A stretch of DNA of 57,416 bases. Source: Spirogloea muscicola. Taxonomy: Eukaryota. The DNA is taken from positions 1,143,073 to 1,200,488 of the forward strand of contig WELB01000015.1 of the NCBI GenBank assembly GCA_009602725.1, written 5' to 3'. Position 1 is the stretch's first letter, and each line of letters begins with the position of its first letter. Below are positions 1 to 12,900 of this stretch, in pieces. A program made the translations under genes and the position numbers. The notes under the pieces were generated by a model. That model worked only from the letters and a program-made list of their open reading frames with translations. It ran no database searches and was not told the origin of the DNA.

Positions 1-1264
1 TTTTTCCGGCTTTTGACATTGTCCATTCTTTCTGGGCTGGCTTTGCTGGCCCCCTTTTTCGTTCTTGCGACATCGAGTTTCGGCCTGTTTGCAGCGAGCT
101 CAGGCTAATGCCTTGCATCAGAAAGCTGGGCGAGCTCTAGTTGGTGACAGAAGGGCTTCGTACCTGACATCTAGTATTCATGCATCGGTTAGCGACCTTT
201 ATGTTTTGACCCGTGGATTTTGAGCGGGTCAACCTGCTGTAGGTTATGTAGATATTTAGATGTGCTTGCTTGCCTTTGTACTTGGCCATTGGCCTATGTT
301 TGTTTCAAATACACGAAATTTTCTTTCCCAGCCCCTATCCTCTATGGGCGAGCAATTACTCTTCCAAATTGACAGCAGTGGCTGCGAGAGGCCAGCCCAA
401 AGGAATGGAGAGGAAGAAAGACTCTTCCAGTGGAGGGGCAATGGCTGTGACTGGCCAGCCCGAAGAGAATGAGCTGCAAGACGTAAGCTCTTCCACAGGG
501 GGCGAGGGCTGTAACTCAACCAAAAGCCAGCCCGAAAAGAGTGGACAAGGGCTGAAGGGCCGGAAAGTGCTGTAACTCACAGTAAGCAAGTACGATGGAG
601 GATGGTCACTTAGAAATCCCTTTCTAGCAGCCGTCACAGAAAGACTAAGCCGTTGGAAGCAGTCCCCTTGATGATAGCAAGACCCAGCTGAATCATGGCA
701 CGTGCCCCGTCCCCGATCGCGGCAGCATTTTCCCCTACCTGTGGCTGGAATTTGGCCAGTTGCCACCATCTTATCACCTAATGCTAATGATGATGTCATC
801 AGCTAACGTGTACTTCTACGACAACAAGGCCCTCCATTTGCTGCACGAGCGCAGGTGAAGCAGATGCCGTTGCTCGCGATCTCAATCCAGTCCTACTGTA
901 ATTCTTAACTAAGGGTGCTTTCCGAGAGAGAGAGAGAGAGAGACAAGGCGCGCGGAGCGCATGAAATAAAGGAGGCCAATACAAGCCAATACATTGTTCA
1001 GGCACAATATAGGGCAGGAGAAACAAGGCTACTTAAAACGGAGCCCTATGCTAAGGTGCCTAAGGTAACAGGGTGACATTAGTAACCACGGGTGAGCACA
1101 TGCAAATCCGACAAGCTAACTTGGGGAGCCAAGAGGCGGCGGCTGTCCTTCGCCAGCCTTCGTGGTACTTGCATAGCTGTGAGTTTCGAGCTTTCAGCCC
1201 CTTGTGGCTTGTCGGGCTGGCCTGTCACAGCCCTCGCCCCCTTCGGAGGAGCATATACCTACCT

Positions 1265-1400
<136 letters not shown>

Positions 1401-1811
1401 CACGCGCAGTATGCTCGCCTAAAGGGGAACGTCAGTGTACACAAGTGAGCACATACACATCCAACAGACTATTGGGCAGCCTGGGCACCAGCGGGAACGA
1501 GGAAAGTAAGCTCATCCGAATGGGGCGAGGGTAGTGGAAATTTAGCACGAAAAGAATGGACTAGATCCAAAGGGGCACGACATCTCCCGCCGCTACCACG
1601 GGGAGCCGGTGGACTTTCATGTTGCCGGCTTGCTTGCACAAGTGTATCGAATGCGCCTGTCCATCTCGCTGCAGCGGTCCATGGCTCGCGCGTTGCATCT
1701 GCGTGCCAGCCGTGCCCTCGCTGCGGCCTCTGGCACGGACAGCGGCACACGACCTCCTCCGGGTTGCGAATGCATGGCATCCTCTTGGAGGCCGGCTTCT
1801 CGGTGGCCGCC

Positions 1812-2420
1812 GAGAAAGAAAGGGCTCGCCCATTGAGGAGAGGGGCTGGAAAAGCCAGCCCAGAAAAGAAGAAAGCGGCTGCTGATATGAAAGAAAAGAG
1901 AGAGAAAGAGAAGGCGCGAAAGAATGAACAAAGTACGAGAAGGGGGCCAGGGGAAGCGCTAAGAAAAACAAGCACACAAAGAAACAAAGCAGCTACGAAT
2001 CACTCAGTAACCCCTGCTAAGCAGCCGCAGATCAGAGATGCTAGGCTCCTGGAAGTGGGTCCCCTGGCCAGAGCCAGAGGCAGCAGCGAGGGCTCTGCCG
2101 ACACGAAGGTGCAGCGCACGGGCCATAAACCTCTGCAGCGAGACGGCCAGGCGCATACGGTACACTTGCGCCGGGGACCCGGCTGCAGGAAAATCGACCG
2201 GCTCCCCGTGGAAGCGACGGGCGATGGTGTGGCGGGCGAGCAGGTTGAGGAGTTCTAGCCAGCGAGCACCCAACGCCCCATGGATGTCGATAGCGAGCGG
2301 GAAGAACACGTCTCTTGGCGGATGGTCAGCATACTTCAGCTCTTTTGCCCGAGCGGCGCAGGCGACCACATACCCAGCCTTGGTGGAACACTGGGAGAAC
2401 TCCGCAGTCATGCCGCTACA
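1812..2420 (-). mobile_element. Longest CRE-like LINE 3' fragment (RLE endonuclease C-terminal part + 3'UTR)
   Basis: ORF 2004..2480: AARAKELKYADHP..FFPLAIDIHGALGARWLELLNLLAR...YRMRLAVSLQRFMARAL. This matches the K..KY / F.P.A.(E/D)..G..G / RLS..LQR..A pattern at the end of CRE-clade restriction-like endonucleases. The 3'UTR ends GGGCTGGCTTTTCCAGCCC..AATGGGCGAGCCCTTTCTTT. Confidence 0.8.
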
Positions 2421-3899
2421 GCAACGGGCGGACGGTCTCCACGCCCGTCCTTGTGGCCACCCCACCAGCCGGCGGGCCACGTCTTCTCCTTTCGTGCGCC
2501 CCGCGCGCCTTCTCTCTCTTTCGTGGGTATTGATGTCACCTTAGGCACCTTACTTTAGGTATATTTAGCCTTGTTTAGTCTGCAGTAGCCTTGGCCTGAA
2601 CAATGTACTGGCTTGAATTTGCCTCCCTTTCATTTCATGCGCCCCGCGCGCCTTCTCTCTTATAGGATGAGGCTATCATTGAGTCTGCAGTCCTCCCAAG
2701 CACTCGCGATTCACCAGCGTGCTGGTCGTGCATTAGCCCAGGCTAATGGCTTCTGTGGAGGTGGTTCGGCTCCTCAGTATAGCTTGTCAGATATGCATGT
2801 GCTTACTCGGGGATATTAGCGTCCCCCTTAGCCAGCTCATTACCCAGTTAAAAGGACACTTGTAAGGCTAGAATTGGCCTCCCTTTCAATTTCATGCGCA
2901 CCGCGCGCCTTCTCTCCTTAACGTGGTGACCACCGAATCTTACGACCGCACACACCCCGCACAGTGTGCCTCCAAGGCTCGGTATGCGGTAGCCTGCGCC
3001 GAGTGCTTCCCTTGGCCCCTTCTCGCACTTTGTTCATTCTCTTTGGGCTGACCATTCCCAGCCCCTATCCTCTTTGGGCAAGCCCTTCTTCTGGCTCTGG
3101 CCTGGGGACCCGCTACCAGGAGCCCAGTTTCTCCGACCTGCGGTTGCTTAGCAGGGGTTACTGAGTTTCCCGTTGTATCGTCTTGTGTCTAGCTGTGTCG
3201 TTTTCTTTTTCGGCATCTTTTCTGGCTCTTTGGATTTTGTCCATTCTTATCGGGCTGGCCTCTGCCAGCCCTTCTTCTCTATGGGCGCGCACTTTCTTCT
3301 TGAAGGGGCTGGACGAAGAGAGAAGGTGCACGGTGCGCATGGAAGTGAGGCCAGTGGAAGCCAATGCACTGTTAGTCTGTCGGATTTGAGGCTCCTCACT
3401 CGTAACTAATGAGTGGTCCATCCTCCCCCCGTCCTGACTTAGCTTCTTCAGGCCCCTTCGTAGCTGCTAAAAGAAAGCGCGGCCAGATTGACTGGTGGCT
3501 GGGAAAGCGTTTTTGGCCCATACTTGTCCATTCTTTTGGGGCTGGCTTTGCCAGCTCCTCTTCTCTATGGGCGAGCACTTTCCTTCCTTTTGGCCCCTTC
3601 GAACCTTTGTCAACTCTTTTCGGGCTGGCTTTTCACAGCCCATGCCCCCATTGGGAGTGCCACTTCTTCTAATGTACTGTTCAGGCAAAAGCTAGTGCTA
3701 CAATAAGGAAGTGCTCGCTCATTGAGGTAGTGCTACAAGTGAGGCTATACAAAACGAAGCCCCATGTATAGTATAGAGTGCCGAAACACACAACAAAGCA
3801 AGTACGACGGAAGGATGGTCACTTGGTAACCTCCAGTAAGCAACCGCAAGTCAGAAAGACTAGCCGCCGGAAAAGCGCTGGGGCCAGAAAAGCGCTAAG

Positions 3900-4322
3900 C
3901 TATCGACACCCATGGGGCGTTGGGTGCTCGGTGGCTAGAACTCCTCAACCAGCTCGCCCGCCACGCCATTGCCCGCCGCTTCCATGGGGAGCCGGTGGAC
4001 TTCCCTGCAGCCGGGTCGCTCGCGCAGGTACCGCATGCGCGTGGCCATCTCGCTGCAGAGGTCAATGGCCCGCGCGCTGCACCTTCGTGCCGGCCGCGCC
4101 CTCGCTGCTGCCTCTGGCTCTGGCCAGGGGACCCCCTTCCAGCAGCCTAGCATCTCTGACCTGCGACTGCTCAGCAGGGGTTACTGAGTGCTTCGTAGCT
4201 GCTTAGCTTCTTATTGTGCTTGTCTTCCTTAGTGCTTCGCCTAGCCCCCTTCTTGTACTTTGTTCATTCTTTTTATGGGCTGGCTGTTCCAGCCCACATC
4301 CACAATGGGCGAGCCCTTTCTT
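3900..4322 (+). mobile_element. 5'-truncated CRE-like LINE copy (same family as 1812-2420)
   Basis: GALGARWLELLNQLARHAIARRFHGEPVDFPAAGSLAQV followed, after a frameshift, by RMRVAISLQRSMARALHLR...SDLRLLSRGY*, then the 3'UTR hairpin. Confidence 0.85.
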
Positions 4323-4453
4323 AAGCACAATTGCAGTAGAGAGAGAAGGCGCGCGGAGCGCTTGAAGTATAAGGGAGGCCAATTCAAGCCAACACATTGT
4401 GCAGGCAGCACCTAGTGCAAAATAAAGAAAGCTACATAAAAGCTAAGGTATCG

Positions 4454-4475
4454 AACCCTAAACCTTAAACCCTAA
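4454..4475 (+). promoter_or_regulatory. Telo-box-like (AAACCCTA) cluster upstream of NAR1
   Basis: AACCCTAAACCTTAAACCCTAA about 220 bp before the ATG, followed by a (GCC)n tract at 4519-4556. Confidence 0.5.
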
Positions 4476-4692
4476 GTCTCAGTAAGTCTCAGTCTGAGCT
4501 CAGCAGCTCCCCCGGAACCGCCGCCGCCGCCGTCGCCGCCGCCGCCGCCGCCGCCGTAAGCGCCGCAAGCGGCCCCGGACAGGCCGCCTCCCGCGGTTCG
4601 CCTCGAGCCGGCGAAGCAGCGCTCTTTGGAGAGCGGCGGCGGCGCGAGGAGCGGGCGGNGACGGCCGCGGCGGCCACGGAATAGACGACGGG

Positions 4693-7600
4693 ATGGCCGA
4701 CAGGTTCTCGGGCGCGCTGCGGGTGGCGGACCTCAACGACTTCATCGCGCCGTCGCAGGCTTGCGTCGTCAGCCTCAAGGGCCACAAGCTGCAGCCTGGC
4801 GGCGCGCCGAAGCTCGACCTCAGCGTCAGTTATTTATAACCCTTGAACCTGATCAAATTGTCCTCGATCTTGATTTGACTGCACCTCCTCCTCGCTACAC
4901 GCGCTGCAGCGCTGACAGGCCAAGAGGTTGAGCAGCTCATCAATGGGCTGACTTGGACTTTAAACCGCGCTATATCCAAATTCCTAAACCCCTAAACAGC
5001 AAACCCTTAATCCTAACTCTAGACCCTAATCGTTTTCATTGTTGTTGTTTGCCACGCTGTGGCTGCTCGTGGCTAGTGCCACGCTGACCGGCTGGCCTCC
5101 CTGGCACGCTGACTAGTGATCTGCAAAACCAAATTGCCACAATTAGCTGCAGAGCCTGCCGGGATTTAGATAGGGGTTAGGGTTTCCAGATACAGCAACT
5201 ATATGGTACCACCAAGCCCTTCATATTGCGCAATTTTGAGGTGCATGACATCAGGTCCTTAATGGTAGCCGTCTCGTGTTGCTTGTTGCAGGATGTTGAG
5301 GTGCAGATTCAGGCCAAGAGCCCGTCAAGCTTTCTACAGGCTAAGCCGGTCGAAAACGGAGAGGCCGTAAAGGTCACGCTCCATGACTGCTTGGCATGCA
5401 GGTAGGCTCAGCATCCTGCACTGTGTATGTGCTTGCACCGTGTCCGTGCTATCCTGCTTTCATTTTCCAATAGAAGTATAATATGATGTGGAAGCCCTTC
5501 ATCCTTCATTCTACTTGCATGCAGTCTGAGTCACTTTAGCACCCCCAGGCCGTGTAGCCCAGAAACTGGCCCTCTTACAATAAATTGCTCATATTTGTTC
5601 TTCATTGCAAATTCCAAGCACCTCTGCTCTGCAGTGCTTTCGAGTTGCTGTTCTTGACCAGCTCTTTAGCAGCCACCAAAGTATTGCTGTGGGGATACAA
5701 CATATCTGCTGTGGCTGGTAGATATTTAGCCAATTTCTCCTTATGACCTACTTACTACATCTGTGCCCAACCGCAGCGGCTGCATCACATCGGCAGAGAC
5801 AATCATGCTGGAGCAGCAGAGCACCGACGAGTTTATGTCCAAACTTCAGGCTGGCGACAAGGCCGTGATCGTCTCCCTGTCGCCTCAGACGCGTGCTTCA
5901 CTAGCGGTGTATTACGAGGTTACTGCTTTGCAGGTGAGGTGCCCCTCAATCAATATTGATGTGGGCTTCAGGCAGACCTCAAGGCAATCCCCACTTGAGG
6001 CATATTCTTACCGTATGCTGAAATGTAAATGTCAGGGTCTGCTAGTTGCATTGGCCTGACGTGGTGATATCCTGTGATTTGTGAGTTTGGGGCTTAGGAT
6101 TTAGGGTTTAAAGTTTGGGTTTAGGCTTGGGTTTAGAATTGGGGTGATAAAGAGGATGCACAAGAAGCTATTAGCCTCAAGCTGTTGCCAATTGCCTATG
6201 GTCAAAGCTGCACTGCCTATACATCCATTGTAACAGCTCAAGAATTACTGACTTCAATTGGCATGTCGTCATTTCTGAAACGCACCCTGCTTATACATCC
6301 CCTGATTAGTACACAGCAATACAAGTCATGTGTTCTCCCTGTCGCCCCTCCTTGCAGGCTTTCAGAAAGTTGACGACATACCTGAAGTCCCTTGGGGTGC
6401 GTGCCGTCTTCGACACGAGCTGCAGCCGCGACCTCGTTCTGCTTGAGGCGAGCGAGGAGTTCGTGGCTAGATATCGAGACAGCCATCCTCCAGAGGACGT
6501 GGAGGATTGCAAGCCGAGCACGTCAGGCCGAAGTGGGCGGCTCCCCATGCTCGCATCTGCTTGCCCAGGTGCGCGGCTGCCATTTCACTTATAGTGGATA
6601 TGGGGGAAGTACCTCTTACTCCTGCTTCGCTATAGATACCTGAAAATAGTAAGAGATGGAAGAGTAGCACTGCGTGAGGATGAGGTCTAGAGCATAATTG
6701 TGTCTTTGATCACAAGGCTTAGATTTTGTTAATGGATAACTCCTATCACCTGCACCTTACATCATTCTCAAATTATGCTACATGTCTTCTTTCTTGGGTG
6801 TAGGATGGATTTGCTATGCTGAGAAGACGCATGGGTCATATATCCTGCCCTACATCAGCTCTGCCAAGAGCCCACAGCAGGCAATGGGCACAATACTTAA
6901 GCGGCACATGTGTTACACGCTCGGACTGAGGTGCGCAGCAAAGCCACTGCTGCCTTGGCTGACTCCACCACAAAATGGAGGAGCCACTGATTGCCAATGG
7001 CCAGAGCTCTTCACTCAGGGTAGTGAGCTGTGTCGTAGAGCCTTTGCTTCTATCTTGATTTCGTGAGAATTTTGTGTGAAGTTCCTTGCACAGCGTGGAC
7101 TTCCTGACCCACCATTGATGCCCATGTTCTGCAGGCCAGAGCAAGTATACCACGTGACGGTAATGCCGTGCTATGACAAGAAGCTTGAAGCCTCACGAGA
7201 CGACTTCGTGTTCGCTGTTGACGACGCCAGCGGGGACTGCAGCGAGACTGACTGCGTGCTAACCTCTGGCGAAATGCTTGAGCTTTTGGAAGTGGGTCCC
7301 TTTGACCAATCTCCTTAGTCAAGAACCGGAGGTGTTAGCGGTCAGGTCACAAGTGTTGTAGCACCTGTGCTTACCAAGAGGCCCTGCATTGAGTACGTGA
7401 TTGCTGCCGCCACTGCTACTGTCGCAGTCGTGGAACACCAGGCAAGCAAGTTCAAGGCGGCAGCTAACAAAAATTTTCCACGGATGTTGCAGAAGCAGGG
7501 TGTGGATTTCAAACAGCTGGAGGAGTCACCACTGGACAGATTGTAAGAGTCAAAGCTGCTCATAGCTCCTGAACATGCTTGCCTCAAGCTTGTCCGGCCT

Positions 7601-9078
7601 CTTTTCTTGTGGCAAGACAAGTACCACAGACTAGCAAATGTCATCCGACGTTTTAAGTGAGAATGTGTCAGAAGATGATACTTCACTGCAGCAAACAGTG
7701 AAGTCCATGAGTCTTTTCAGTCGATTGTAAAACCCCAAGCAAGAATGATGGTCCATGGATTCACAAGCCAGTCTGAAGCTTCGCTAACACCTAAGGTTTA
7801 TCATTTCAGGCAAGGAGGCCAATGCTCACGAATGTTGCTCTTGATGTTGGCATCATCATCAGGGTGACAAATGTGGACGAGGACGGGCACCTGTATGGAG
7901 CGCGGGGTGGGTCCGGAGGGTATGCTGAGAGCATCTTTCGGTACGCCGCAAAGGTTCTCTTTGGACGCGGAGTGGCTGAACCCGTGGAGTTCCGCACCGT
8001 TCGCAGCGTGGATTTCAAGGAAGTCTTCTTAAAGGTGAATTTAGTTGTACCCATTAGGCCTCTATACTTCAACATTGAGCCTGGTGGACCTGAGAGTAGT
8101 TTGTCAGCAACATTGTGTTGATGACCTTGTCGCTGATCGAGTAGTATTGTATCCAGAGATCAACTATCTGTATATATGTAAAGGAGCTGCAGAGGTGCTG
8201 TGAGCACTGAATGCCCACCTCCGTTGCTGCAACAGGTGGATGGGAAGACGGTCTTGAGGTTCGCCATTGCAAATGGCTTCAGAAATATCCAGACCCTGGT
8301 TAGAAAGCTGAAGAGCGGGCGGTGCGAGTATGACTTTGTCGAGGTCATGGCTTGCCCAGGAGGTGCAGCCTTTGCATCCCTGTCGAGGCTTCCATATTGC
8401 TGTGACATTGAGACCAGCTTCCAGCTTCCAGCTTACAGCTTCCAGCAGCACAGCTGCAGCAGCTTGTTTTGCATTGTTGGAGCTGCCAGAACCACCCTTA
8501 GAGCAACTATGAAAAGAAGCTCAGAGGCGGCAATTTACTTTTGCAAGACGAAGTGCGGCACAATGGACGGTACTTAATGATCTGTACGCTCTTCTTTGAT
8601 GTCGGGCAGGCTGTTTGAATGGGGGTGGGCAAATCAAGCCAAGGAAGGGGCAGAGCGCCAAGAATGTCCTACAGCAGCTGGAGACAGCATACTTGCAAGA
8701 GGTGCATCGATGCCCCCTTGTTAATAGCCAACTGGGGTGGTCTACATCACCTGCAGGAGTGCCTTGCATGCCAATGGAGCCACTTACGTTTACATGTGGG
8801 GACGTTAATGTAAACAGCATGGGATCCATATTGTATTGGGTTTCCCTTCTTCCAAGGAGCTAAGACAATGTGTTAGATCATTTGTTAGTGATATGCTGTG
8901 ACATTCTTGATGATTTCGGTGGCAGGTTGATGTCAAAGACCCGGCAGAGAACAGAGTGGTGCAGTCGCTCTATGCGACCTGGCTCGGTCATCCTTTCTCG
9001 CCAAGAGCCAGGGAGCTTATGCACACGCAGTACCACAGGCGGGACAAGAGCGTGACCAGTCAGATAAGCAACTGGTGA
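4693..9078 (+). CDS. NAR1: Cytosolic Fe-S cluster assembly factor NAR1/NARFL (hydrogenase-like), multi-exon
   Basis: Spliced peptides [117 protein letters not shown]; ..HTQYH..SNW*. The introns checked are GT-AG. Confidence 0.97.
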
Positions 9079-9919
9079 CAATCGGGGCTTACATAAGGGC
9101 AAGGGGTGCTATTGTAGATACTGAAGCACCAGCTTGGTATATTTCAGGTCACTGCATTCGAAGTGCACATCAAGTGTAGTAAATGCCAGCCCACAGACAG
9201 CAGTCGTAATGGCATGCATCAAGGCTGGCAAACGGGAAGTCCTCCACCACCAAAACTCAGGCTGCTCAGGCTTACGCCCAGCTTATTACACATTGGTCAA
9301 CACCGTTTTCCCAGTATCTTTGTTGAGTCAGATTGGAGTTTGCATTGAGGGGTTGTAAGCGGTCAGGGCTTTATGCTTCAGAGCGACCAACCAGTCTTGC
9401 AGAAGCAAATGAGCTGAGGCACAGCCACAGTGCCAGATCACAGCGTGAAACGGCACTGCAACGCAGACCTAGTCTCACAAATTGTAAAGCCCTGGCTGTG
9501 AAATTATGCAGGCCTAGCTGTGACAGCCTCATGTGTCAATGATGTGGTTGAAAGAGTAACGGGGACTGCAGATTCTGCATAGCCCTTAGCTGACTTTGTC
9601 ATGACAAATTCATGTTCTGCATTGCAAGGGGCAGTGGCTGTGGGGCATCAATTCAGCACGTCTGCCTTCTGTAAGTTCACAGTATGCTATCCTACTGCTC
9701 CAATTTGTATCGAGGCAAGCAAGGATATGGTCCACCCAATCAAGGGTAAAAATGAAGAGAGGCTGGGGCTGAAGAAGTGCCCGAACAATGCAATCATAGA
9801 GAGGAGAGGAAGGGGTTGTCGACAGCATTGAAAGCGCGTAGATGAAGGCTTCAGGGGAGGTGGTGGGATATGACTTACATCGCACAGTCAAGGTATATGT
9901 TATGTTAAGGTATCTTGTG

Positions 9920-12900
9920 CTAGGAGGCGGGCATGGGGCAGAGGAGGTGGAGCAGGAGCTGGAGGAGCTCGCGGTACACGTCGTCACAGGGGTGCGTCTG
10001 GTCGCTGTGGAACAGCGTGTGGTCCTCGCGCGTCTGCGACACGGCCCAAGCGTCGAGCACGTCGACGGCGGCGCCGCGCCCGGCGAGGCCCGCCGCGACG
10101 TCGGCGACGAACGTGTTGATGAGCTCCACTCGCGGGTTGTTGATGAACACCTTGGGGTCGTAGTCCGAGCGGATGCAGTTCACACGGTCGAGGCCGACCT
10201 CGGCCCAAATCTCCGAGCAGTTAGTCGTGTCGGCAACGTACTTATGAATGGCAACCTGGCTCTGCCACACCACTCCGTCGATGCCAGCGGCAATGGCGCT
10301 CTCCAAGAGCGCGCCCCATGTACCGCCGGGCCCCGGCATTGTGAATGAATCCAGGAGCACGTCCCAGTCGTCCACCGCATCGTGCAGACCGATCGAGAGG
10401 AGCAGCACTGTACGCACACCCGCGGGGTTCGACTTGGGCCCCATGCCGTGGCGCTCCAGTGCCTCTGTGATGTAACGGACACGGTCTGCTGCTGGGATCT
10501 GCGCCAGGGATGCCGTATCATCATAGCACGTAGTTGTAAGAATCAGCGGCTGTTGAAGACTATTTTCCAAAAGTCGACCAAGATTGATCTTAGTGACTAC
10601 GACTCATACCTAGTCATTTATCCTCAATCTGCTGTCAGCGTCGAGTATTGAATGACACCTTGGAAAATGCAAATGCGGATCAACAATTCATTGTAAATGA
10701 AAGTGTTATCACAGCACGGTCAATGGCCAAGCGGTGCAACCTGAACGGCATTCCAGCGCGCAGTGCGGATGTGAGTCCACGGGTAAGGACCCGTCTTCTC
10801 AAAGCGTGGGGTGTGCCCACCATGCGGCAGAAGTGGCCCGAAGAAGTTCTCAGGTGACACGCAGGCGACCACTGCCGAGCGATTGCCCTGGTTCTCAAAG
10901 CACGCCTCCTCAGGGCGCCTGTGCCAGTAGCAGGAAGAGAAGTGGGAGAGGGGGGGGAGAGAGAAAGTGTGTGAGATTTAGCTGAGATTAAACTGAGATC
11001 TAACTCAGGGTCAGGGTCAGTGTTTCATATTTGCTCAGGCTTCAGGAGGAGCAAGGTGGGCCCACAAAGCTTCTGCCTTGTCACTGACAGCCCAGAATCG
11101 GAGCAGAGTCTTCCCAGATGGACAGAAGTAGACAACGTTAAGCAACAATATTTCTAAGTTATCTAATTTGGAATCATGTGCTTGACCCAGAGTCATAGCC
11201 TCTCTGTCAACTGGAGTATCGACCTTGACTGTCGGTGACCACACAATTGACACTTCCACAAATCATCGTCTGCCCTTGAGGAGGGGCAGAGCCGAAAGTG
11301 GGCGTGCCTGTGGGCGCAGTTCACGTCGCAGTTGTCGCGCTGCAGCGCACATTGCAGGAAATTGCACTCCTGCATCGCCACGCTGTCGCCGACGACCACT
11401 ATCCGGTGCCTGAGGGCAGCGCCACAGCCCCACCATGCAGGTACCATCAGAAAGTGACTGGCAGCCTTCTGCTGCTGCTTGGCCACCTGGGGGTAGGAGG
11501 GAGGGAGAGACTGTTACTTGGCCAGGCAGGCCTCGCCTGCGGACTGGTCGTAGCGGGGGTAGTTGCAATCGTGCGCCCGCCAGCGCTCAAAGTTGAGCCA
11601 CGGCTCGATGCGGCCGCGCCGGTCTCGCAGGAGGCTCGGCCGCCCTGTGCAGGCGTGCAGCATCAGCAGCGGCCCTCAGTCCGCTGCTCAATCTCTCTAG
11701 GACGATGCTTCAGAGGTGGGGTCTCAGCGGTCTATGGTGTTTTAGAACTTCATAACCATGTACCTAAGGTCCTACGTACCTAACATAGGACCTAAGCATA
11801 GTGGCAGGCTTGGCGGCAGGGCTTGAGGGCCGGCAGCAGGTCACCAGGGCTCTTGTCCTTGAGGTCGCAGACGACGGCAGCGGCGTCGGCGCAGCCATGT
11901 GGGCACACATCCTTGGCGAGGCCTTCTGGTGGCAGGAAGTCTGGCGCCGGCGGCGCCTTGGCCCAGTACCCGCTGTGGTCGCCGCGCCTGCCGCACGTCG
12001 GCAGCTCCGCGTGGCCGCCGCGCTCGGCGGCCCGCTTGGCGGCAAAATGTTCCAGGCCCTTCTCAAGAATCTCCACCTGGAGGTAGCAATCGATGAACTC
12101 ATCGAGCATAAAGGTTCGGTAGTCTCCAATCATGCACATATTGCAGTCATCTGATTTTGGGTTTGCTTATAGGAGCTTATGACTAAGTCCCAAAGGTTGC
12201 ATGCCACTTCAGCAGCACGGAGAGAGAAAAGAGGAGGGAGACTGTGGAGGGAGGAGGAGGCGGGCTTTCGGTGAGGGAGGGGAGAGGAGAAGATGAGGAA
12301 GGAGAGCAGCTGAGAGTAGAGGAGGGGGGTGCAACAGCAGTGAATCCGGAGTACATAGAGGAGGATGCAGCTGGCGACTGGCGCTCACGAGGAACGGCGA
12401 CTCGGGCAGGGTGTAGCCGAGGAGTGGCGGCGCGACGAGTTGCCCGGGACTCAGCCACGCCTCGTCGTCGGCCCACAAGCGGCGGTGCGTGACCGGCGGG
12501 ATGATGCCGCCAAAGGCGTGCCGTCGGTGCAGGTACTCCAGCCGCACGTGCACCTGCGCGGCCGGACCGATGCAGCCGCTGCCAGCGTCAAGTGCACTGA
12601 CCGAGGCGAAGGCATCGCAAGGAGGGAAGGAGAGGAGGGAGAGCGAGCGACAGACAGGGCCAGGGAGAGAGGAAGGCTGGAGAGGGGAGGAGGGAGGGGC
12701 ACAGCCATGGGGGGGGGGCTCGGGGGATGACTTGCCCGGTGGAGGCCGGGCTCGACGGGCCGGAAGGAGGCGATGTAGGTGTGCGGCTGGCCTGGCCCGG
12801 CGGGCCGCACGTCCGCCGCCAGCAGCGCGCTCGGCGACAGCACCTTGGCGAACCACGCGGCATCGACGGTCCCACGCGCCAGCGGGAGCTGCGGCGGCGG

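Noticed and set aside
380..570. CRISPR-like array (palindromic repeats with variable spacers; also 48150-48600)
   Set aside because: Units are irregular in spacing and orientation, are attached to LINE 3'UTRs, lie in eukaryotic DNA and have no cas genes nearby.
4277..4322. HDV-like ribozyme in the class I motif (TCCTC loop, GGCGAG)
   Set aside because: No P1.1 GG, P4 or P2 3' strand follows, and the candidate P1 pairing is not kept in variants.
4693..9078. [FeFe]-hydrogenase
   Set aside because: The N-terminal [12 protein letters not shown] motif and C-terminal W are diagnostic of NAR1/NARFL.
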